Below are positions 57,722 through 64,000 of a DNA stretch of 64,000 nt, one piece after another. Positions within the stretch are counted from its first letter, which is position 1, and each line of letters starts with the position of its first letter. The notes below the pieces were generated by a model, which was not told the DNA's origin, did no database searches, and saw only the letters and a program-made list of their open reading frames with translations. The DNA lies in contig CAXXJJ010000004.1 of the NCBI GenBank assembly GCA_963667015.2, positions 2,976,001-3,040,000 of the forward strand, given 5' to 3'. The DNA comes from Desulfatiglandales bacterium (GTDB lineage Bacteria > Desulfobacterota > DSM-4660 > Desulfatiglandales > HGW-15). A program made the position numbers and the translations under genes.

Positions 57722-58672
57722 ATGGCCCGGAAAATATCTGCAATAATATTTATTTTTTCAATATTGACCTTCTTTAACTCCTATGCTGAAGAAGGTTCAG
57801 GAAAGAGCAATGCCGGATCTGACAAAAAAACAAGACCCGCAACTGTTGCCGGCTCATTTTACCCGGGGGACATGGAAAGCCTAAAAAGGGAGGTAAATAA
57901 TCTTCTGGGGAATGCACAAAAGAGAGATTCATCCGGGACCATAATCGCCGCCACAGCACCTCACGCAGGATATGTCTTTTCAGGGGGCATTGCAGCCAAT
58001 ACCTTTAAAAACATATCCGACATTGACTTTGACACCATGGTCATAATAGGCCATGATTCCTTCCGTGATGCAGTTGCCTATACATGCCCGGTTGATTATT
58101 TTGAGACTCCACTCGGCAGGGTGCCGGTAGATATGGAAATGGTAGATAAACTTCACAAATACAGTAAAAAAATTAAGCCGAATATATCAATCCACGGCAA
58201 TGATCACACGATTGAGGTTCAGCTTCCCTTTATACAGGCCGTAAAAAAGCAATGTAAGATAGTGCCCCTGATGTTCGGTTATCCATCGCCTGAAAACTGC
58301 AGTATACTGGCTGATGCCATAAAATCCGCCGCTGGAGATAAAAAGGTTTTTGTGCTGGCAAGCACTGATATGTCTCATTATCCCACATATGAAGAGGCGA
58401 ATAAAATGGATCATATCACCCTTGATGTTATCAGGAGTATGGATATAAAAAAGTTTTTCAAACATGTTTTTAAGCAGCGGAGAGATCCCCGGATTCCAGG
58501 TCTCCAAACTGCCATATGCGCCAGCGGGGGAGTGGGAACTGCCATGCTGCTTGCAAAGGACGCAGGCGCGAATGCTGTAGAGGTTCTGAAATATGCCAAC
58601 TCGGGGGATGTTAAAGGTGGAGACAAATCGCGTGTTGTAGGATATTCTTCGGTTTTGTTTATAAAAGAATGA
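57722..58672 (+). CDS. MEMO1-family protein (AmmeMemoRadiSam protein B-like) with signal peptide
   Basis: RPATVAGSFYP, PHAGY.FSG, H.IEVQLPF, ASTDMSHY, YANSGD, VVGY. Confidence 0.88.
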   Translation: MARKISAIIFIFSILTFFNSYAEEGSGKSNAGSDKKTRPATVAGSFYPGDMESLKREVNNLLGNAQKRDSSGTIIAATAPHAGYVFSGGIAANTFKNISDIDFDTMVIIGHDSFRDAVAYTCPVDYFETPLGRVPVDMEMVDKLHKYSKKIKPNISIHGNDHTIEVQLPFIQAVKKQCKIVPLMFGYPSPENCSILADAIKSAAGDKKVFVLASTDMSHYPTYEEANKMDHITLDVIRSMDIKKFFKHVFKQRRDPRIPGLQTAICASGGVGTAMLLAKDAGANAVEVLKYANSGDVKGGDKSRVVGYSSVLFIKE

Positions 58673-58698
58673 TTTGTTTTTAGATAAAAATTAGCAAC

Positions 58699-59054
58699 TC
58701 ACCTTATCCAGTTCTCAAACTCAATATCACTGCCAGCGATTTTAAGAATAGGAGTCATTGCATCATCTGTTACAAGTATAAGATTATATGCAAGAGCAAT
58801 GGCTGTAATCCATAAATCATTCTCCTGTATCTGAAGTTCTTTTGAAGTAGTGGGATCTTTCCATTCTTCAATGCGTTTTTTTCTGCTTGATTGACCCTTT
58901 TTACTTTTAGGCGCATATTTATTATAAAGCTTCGCTCGTAGCATAGAGTAATATTTCCGAGCTATGTCACAATCAATACTAAGACAAGGATAACTTTCTA
59001 ATATATTTGTCAGTTTATTATATTTTTCTTTATGGGGGTCATTATATGGCCCTA
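58699..59054 (-). pseudogene. 5'-truncated PIN (VapC-like) domain gene
   Basis: ENDLWI.A.A..YNL.LVT.D; frame stays open upstream to the transposon inverted repeat, but the N-terminal D-T-N region is missing. Confidence 0.7.
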
Positions 59055-60150
59055 AAGCGGGACGCTCGTCAATAATTTAATTGACAAAGATAGGGAGGCG
59101 GTATAAATACCTGCTATGCCAAGAACAGCCAGATTAGATGCCCCCGGAGTGTTGCATCATGTAATGATTCGAGGGATAGAAAAAACAAAGATATTTAAAA
59201 GCAGTAAAGATCGGGAAGACTTTATTGAAAGGCTGGCAAATTTATGCCCGGCAATGGGTATAAAATGTTATGCATGGTCGTTTATGGACAACCACGCCCA
59301 CTTTCTTTTCCAGACAGGAAAGGAATCATTATCCAGATTTATGAGACGCCTTCTTACCGGATATGTCATAGGATATAACCGCAGGCATAAACGGAGAGGA
59401 CATTTATTTCAGAATCGTTTTAAATCAATAATATGCCAGGAAGAAACTTATCTCCGGGAACTTGTCCGGTATATACATCTGAATCCAATCCGTGCCGGGA
59501 TAATAAAAACCCTGGATGAATTGAATAATTATAAATATACCGGTCATAGCACCATAATGGGAAATGTTAAAAGGGAGTGGCAGGATTCTGGGTATGTCCT
59601 GGGTTATTTTGGGAAGAGTGTAGGAAAAGCGAGAAAAAAGTATGAATCTTTTGTTAACACCGGCTTAGGAGATGGACGCAAAGATGAATTGACAGGAGGA
59701 GGTCTGATTCGGAGTCATGGCGGGTGGATTGAAGCAAAGGAGCTATTGAAGAGTGGTGTCCATATAATGAGTGATGAGAGGATACTCGGAGACTCTGATT
59801 TTGTGGACTCAATAATAAGTCACTCAGAAGAGAGTTATGACAAAAGACAAAGGCTCAGACAACAGGGATATAACCTGAATCGCATAGCAGAGCGAGTTGC
59901 CGAGGTACTGGGAGTTGACACTGAAGAAGTGTTTTCAAAAGGTCGACAGGACAGGAAAGTAAAAGCAAGGAGCCTGTTATGTTACTGGGCATCAAGAGAA
60001 CTGGGCATTTCCCATGCTGAACTGGCAAAGAAACTGGAGTTGAGCCCGTCTGCTGTGGGATTTTCTGTTGAGCGTGGAGAATTGCTGGCAAAAGAAGGCA
60101 ATTACTTTCTTGAAAAATAAGTTATTTAATTATTAACGAGCGTCCCGCTT
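59055..60150. mobile_element. Y1/RAYT-type transposase element bounded by 23-bp inverted repeats
   Basis: AAGCGGGACGCTCGTCAATAATT (59055) and AATTATTAACGAGCGTCCCGCTT (60128-60150), 22/23 match. Confidence 0.8.
59116..60120 (+). CDS. HUH Y1 transposase (RAYT-like) with C-terminal HTH
   Basis: MPR.AR...HHV..RG, M.NHAH (HUH), GHLFQ.RF, YIHLNP. Confidence 0.92.
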   Translation: MPRTARLDAPGVLHHVMIRGIEKTKIFKSSKDREDFIERLANLCPAMGIKCYAWSFMDNHAHFLFQTGKESLSRFMRRLLTGYVIGYNRRHKRRGHLFQNRFKSIICQEETYLRELVRYIHLNPIRAGIIKTLDELNNYKYTGHSTIMGNVKREWQDSGYVLGYFGKSVGKARKKYESFVNTGLGDGRKDELTGGGLIRSHGGWIEAKELLKSGVHIMSDERILGDSDFVDSIISHSEESYDKRQRLRQQGYNLNRIAERVAEVLGVDTEEVFSKGRQDRKVKARSLLCYWASRELGISHAELAKKLELSPSAVGFSVERGELLAKEGNYFLEK

Positions 60151-60166
60151 CAGTCCCATTTTTCTA

Positions 60167-60424
60167 TTAAAGTTGGGCGACACGATCCAATTCTTCCCGG
60201 ATTACTTGACGAATAACTTGTTCATTTAATGGTTTATCACTTTTTACAAGATACTCGCGAAGTACTTCATTGATCATGGTCTGATATCCGTATCCAGCTT
60301 TATCAGCACGTTCACGGAAATCATCGAGAACATCATTATCAATGTACATTGTAACTCGGGTTTTTCCTTTAGTTGGAACAACCTGCCCTCTTTTTGCTTT
60401 ATTAAAATTATATTCCTTTTTCAT
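60167..60424 (-). CDS. BrnA-family antitoxin
   Basis: EYNF..AKRG, KTRVT..ID.DVL..F, GYQTMIN..LR. Confidence 0.88.
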   Translation of the reverse strand: MKKEYNFNKAKRGQVVPTKGKTRVTMYIDNDVLDDFRERADKAGYGYQTMINEVLREYLVKSDKPLNEQVIRQVIREELDRVAQL

Positions 60425-60680
60425 ATTGTTTCCTTTCAGTTTGTGTTGCTTTTCGGGCTGAAATTAAGCGAATGGTATCGGAACGGTAAGAATAAATAAT
60501 AGTAATTATTCGACCAATTGAATCAGTACCTGTGGTCACAAACCTTTGTTCATTGTCAATGTCATGTTCTTCAAGAGTCATGGCTAAAGGATCATAAAGT
60601 ACCATTTCTGCATCGGAGAACCGGATTTTATGCTTTTTAAAGTTTATTTCAGCCTTATTTGGGTCCCATGCTATTTGCAT
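60408..60680 (-). CDS. BrnT-family toxin
   Basis: WDPNKA..N..KH.I.F.DA, EQR, IRLISARKAT..ER..Y. Confidence 0.9.
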   Translation of the reverse strand: MQIAWDPNKAEINFKKHKIRFSDAEMVLYDPLAMTLEEHDIDNEQRFVTTGTDSIGRIITIIYSYRSDTIRLISARKATQTERKQYEKGI

Positions 60681-60734
60681 GTGGACAACATACATACATT
60701 ATATGCATATGTCAATATATGAAAATAGGGGACA

Positions 60735-60812
60735 ATCAAAATATCAATCCAGCAGAATTTTGATATTTTGATACCTGTACTTACCCCTGAACGTTTAAAG
60801 GGGTAAGTACAG
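60735..60812. repeat. Two adjacent inverted repeats
   Basis: ATCAAAATATCAA..TTGATATTTTGAT (13 bp) and CTGTACTTACCCCT..AGGGGTAAGTACAG (14 bp). Confidence 0.65.
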
Positions 60813-61116
60813 AATTATGAACACTAATCTAAAAACTTGCACTCGACTATAACCTTCCCTTCATAATTGGTTTGTAGATAATTAGAAGTAATTATGGAAG
60901 ATTCTCAAAATCATCAAGATCCTTATGCCTTCCACTTGCTTTTTTGTTTTTCTTCAAATGTTCAAGGCTTATTATGTTAATTTGAATGCTATCGATATTT
61001 TTAATATTTTTTTCTAAAAGCATTCTTCAAAACCCACTCCTGAGATAGAATCAGGAAACCGCACCTTTCTTAATGAGTTATCCGATTAATGATATCATAA
61101 TGCTGGCCAGCAGGAT

Positions 61117-63774
61117 TTAGGTTGTTTGCAATCTGATATTCACCATTTGAGCAAGTGCCCTTGCCATATCATCCAGGGCCGATTCATCCGGCAGGGAGAC
61201 TTTGAGTGTTACTCTGCCATCTTCATCCTTATCCATACATTCCGAAAGCCGTTCTTTAAATGCACTTGCCAATTGTGTGGTCTGATCGTTTTCTTCTTCT
61301 CCTTTAAACATTTCACCTAAAAAGTTAAATGCCGCGCCAATAAGCTGGCCTCCGGCCTCTGCAACTTTTTCTTTCTTTGCGATTATCTTCGCTTCTTTTT
61401 CTCTATCCTCCTTCATGCTTTCATCGACAGGCGCATCAGGCTTTTCACCGATAAGAACCTCCATGCGCCTTCTTAGTTCATCAATGCCTGCGGAAAGATC
61501 AAGTGAATCATCTTCGGATGACGGGTCAAGAGCCGCGTTAAACAAAGCCTGTTTTGCGGAAAGTGTTCCAAGCAGACCTTCCTCTATTGTATCCTCTGTT
61601 ACCAGCAGAAAAATCTGTACCGGCCTTTTTTGCCCCATTCTATGGGCTCGCCCTATTCTCTGCTCAAGGATTGCAGGATTCCATGGGAGGTCAACGTTAA
61701 TAACAGTATTGGCTGCCTGCAGGTTCAGTCCTGTTGACCCTGCATTGGTTGTTATAAAAAACCTGCAACCTGGTTCTTTATTAAACCTGCTCACAAGACC
61801 GGGCCTCTTCTTTTGAGGAACAGAGCCGTCCAGCCTGACGAAATCAATTTTTTTCTTTTTCAGTAAAGGCTCTATAAGATTTAACATGGTGGTCCATTCG
61901 CTGAATAAAACGACCTTTCTATCCTCTTCAGACATCAATTGATCCAGAAGTGATTCGATTTCCTCCAGTTTGCTGGAGTAACCCGGGGCCTGCTTATCAA
62001 CAAGAAAGGTACTGTCTGCAACCATCCGGCATATAAGCAATGCCTTTTGAAGCCTGAGGAGATCCATTTCGGAAATATACTTTTTTTTCAGTATCTGGCT
62101 CACAACTCTTTTATTCTGGCTGTGGATAGTCAGTTGCTCATCAGTAGGTATTATTCTCCTAATTTCAGTTGTCCTCGATGGCAACTGTTTTAAAACCTCA
62201 TTTCTGGTCCGGCGGATGAGAACAGGTTTGAGTTTTTCACGAAGGATATCAAGATTTTTATATCCGAGCAATTTCCCTTTCTCGTTTGTTATCCTGTGCT
62301 GGTTATAAAACCTGAAAGCAGGTCCGAGCCTTCTGTCATCTATAAATTCAATAATTGAATGGAGTTCGTCAAGCCGGTTTTCAAGTGGCGTTCCTGTGAG
62401 GACAAGTGCAAATGGGGATTTTAACGCCTTGATTGTCTGGCTGGTCTTTGTTTCCCAGTTTTTAATCCTCTGGCCTTCATCAAGAATAATCAGGTCCCAT
62501 TTTACCTGTTCGATTGTATTTATATCTCTTAATACCTGTTCATAATTACACACAGTAAAAAAACAGTCATTACCATACTGTTCGGAGCGCTCTTCGGCAG
62601 TCCCCAGAATGAGCTGGCAGTTGCGATTAGTGAAACGGCCTATCTCTGTGCGCCACTGACTTTTAAGTGATGCCGGACAAATAATAAGAACTTTTGAAAC
62701 AGCCGCATCCTGGGCGAGCAGCTCCGAAACTCCGATCCCCTGTATAGTTTTACCAAGCCCCATATCATCGGCTATTACAGATCTTCCTCTTCCGACCGCA
62801 AAAGCAATGCCGTCAAGCTGGTAAGGAAGCAATTCGGTTTTAAGCAGGTTTTTTCTTAAAGGATGTTTTGAAAGGTTTGAGCGTATCCTATTAACTTTTT
62901 CACTTACATGTTCGCGGTAGAGAAAATGATTAATATACTCCTCGGCGTCCGGGTATATGATTACACCTGTTCCTGATAATTCAAGAGTTTTGATCGTTTT
63001 AACAAGGCCTGCGACATCCCTGATGTGTTTATCCTTATATGGTTCAAGTTTGTTCACTATGTTCTTATCAAGACCTTCAGGAATCAAAATCCTCAGTTCC
63101 AGGTTTTCACTGTAATGAAGATATATTGCTATATCCTTAATTATGTAAGGCTTATCCTTGATTTTTTTGGGGAATCTATTTTTAAACTTGTTGATGGTGT
63201 GAAGAATATGTTTACAGGTCCCGAGCGTGTTTTTTCGAAAGTCGGGACATGTACAGAAAGATTCGCCTCTTTCCCATCCGCGCAGTGCAACCCTGTAGGT
63301 TTTACCGGAGGTATTATTGGTTACAAGATAATCAGTCCATAGTGCAGACCTATCAGTCGATTGAACCTTCATTTTTTGTTTTTCTGCCCGCTCCATCCTA
63401 TCAGCAATCTCCTGGGCAATAAGTTCTTCATCTGTCAGGCTCTCAACAGGTATCTTTTCAGGAGGCAGGGCAGACAGGCCGAGAGCTAATTTCTCTTCCA
63501 GGACCAGGGAAAATGCAGCACCAAGATGCTCACACATGCAATCACATGTGCTGCATTTAAATTTCAGATGCCTGTTTTCCTCCGAGTCAAGGGATATAAA
63601 AACAATTGCCTCATCAAGATCAACTTTTAAGGTCTTGCTATCAAGGTTTACCTGTTCATCAATATTGATTTCATATTTCCCGCCATGAAGTAACAGCTTT
63701 TTCCCATCGGGACCTAATAGTTTACATGCCTGAGTGTAGGTAAGGTGCGAGAGCCTGTCTTTTAACGTCAACAC
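61117..63774 (-). CDS. SNF2-family helicase with two SWIM-like zinc fingers
   Basis: CSTC...CEH and CTCPDF...CKH; ADDMGLGKT, LDEGQ, LTGTP.EN, QRIGRAHRMGQ. Confidence 0.92.
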   Translation of the reverse strand: MLTLKDRLSHLTYTQACKLLGPDGKKLLLHGGKYEINIDEQVNLDSKTLKVDLDEAIVFISLDSEENRHLKFKCSTCDCMCEHLGAAFSLVLEEKLALGLSALPPEKIPVESLTDEELIAQEIADRMERAEKQKMKVQSTDRSALWTDYLVTNNTSGKTYRVALRGWERGESFCTCPDFRKNTLGTCKHILHTINKFKNRFPKKIKDKPYIIKDIAIYLHYSENLELRILIPEGLDKNIVNKLEPYKDKHIRDVAGLVKTIKTLELSGTGVIIYPDAEEYINHFLYREHVSEKVNRIRSNLSKHPLRKNLLKTELLPYQLDGIAFAVGRGRSVIADDMGLGKTIQGIGVSELLAQDAAVSKVLIICPASLKSQWRTEIGRFTNRNCQLILGTAEERSEQYGNDCFFTVCNYEQVLRDINTIEQVKWDLIILDEGQRIKNWETKTSQTIKALKSPFALVLTGTPLENRLDELHSIIEFIDDRRLGPAFRFYNQHRITNEKGKLLGYKNLDILREKLKPVLIRRTRNEVLKQLPSRTTEIRRIIPTDEQLTIHSQNKRVVSQILKKKYISEMDLLRLQKALLICRMVADSTFLVDKQAPGYSSKLEEIESLLDQLMSEEDRKVVLFSEWTTMLNLIEPLLKKKKIDFVRLDGSVPQKKRPGLVSRFNKEPGCRFFITTNAGSTGLNLQAANTVINVDLPWNPAILEQRIGRAHRMGQKRPVQIFLLVTEDTIEEGLLGTLSAKQALFNAALDPSSEDDSLDLSAGIDELRRRMEVLIGEKPDAPVDESMKEDREKEAKIIAKKEKVAEAGGQLIGAAFNFLGEMFKGEEENDQTTQLASAFKERLSECMDKDEDGRVTLKVSLPDESALDDMARALAQMVNIRLQTT

Positions 63775-63811
63775 TGTTTTTCTCCATTTATTAGTTTATA
63801 AATTTATCAAC

Positions 63812-64000
63812 TTAAAGCATCTGATAGGGATCTATATCAATCACCATACCCACACCACTTCCCTTGAGGATACTGCCTGACTGATCCCTGACCCTGCGCA
63901 GATAATAGTGAAGCAGACCGCTGTTCCTGCTCTTAAGAAGAAGCTGCCACCTGTACTTGCCTCTTAGCTTTGCTAGGGGTGCCTCGGCAGGACCAAGAAC
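63812..64000 (-). CDS. priA: Primosomal protein N' (3' end, partial)
   Basis: VLGPAEAPLAKLRGKYRWQLLLK...IDIDPYQML*. Confidence 0.9.
   Translation of the reverse strand, partial: VLGPAEAPLAKLRGKYRWQLLLKSRNSGLLHYYLRRVRDQSGSILKGSGVGMVIDIDPYQML

Noticed and set aside
61117..63774. SNF2 helicase as part of a DISARM/BREX/Zorya-type system
   Set aside because: No partner genes nearby; it directly follows priA.

Overview
64 kb of an AT-rich bacterial chromosome. Gene content (sigma54/NtrC cascades, TRAP transporter, bis-MGD molybdoenzymes) suggests an anaerobic Desulfobacterota-like organism; this is inference. Layout: (1) 0.1-9.3 kb TauE-type transporter operon under two two-component systems with a sigma54 promoter. 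(2) 9.6-20 kb housekeeping (queD, kdsB, recJ, proS, mnmA, acyl-CoA dehydrogenase). (3) ~20.1-33.6 kb defence/accessory island. It holds a divergent dCTP-deaminase/dUTPase-fold protein fused to two TM helices, and a CBASS operon (unannotated 57-aa ORF, YdjM-like hydrolase, HNH-SAVED, CD-NTase, E2) with a divergent CapH/CapP-like HTH + peptidase pair and four TTAAC-N4-GTTAA operators. It then carries a co-oriented array of toxin-antitoxin/Fic/unknown cassettes separated by copies of a modular heptamer-periodic repeat, several with decayed toxins. (4) blaI/blaR-like pair, esterase, pfk, AAA ATPase, aminotransferase, hflX remnant. (5) 43-55 kb TRAP + GntR + pyrogallol-transhydroxylase-like and acetylene-hydratase-family molybdoenzymes. 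(6) A Y1/RAYT-type transposase bounded by 23-bp inverted repeats that truncates a PIN gene, then BrnT/BrnA, a SWIM-SNF2 helicase and the 3' end of priA. No rRNA, tRNA or CRISPR array seen.
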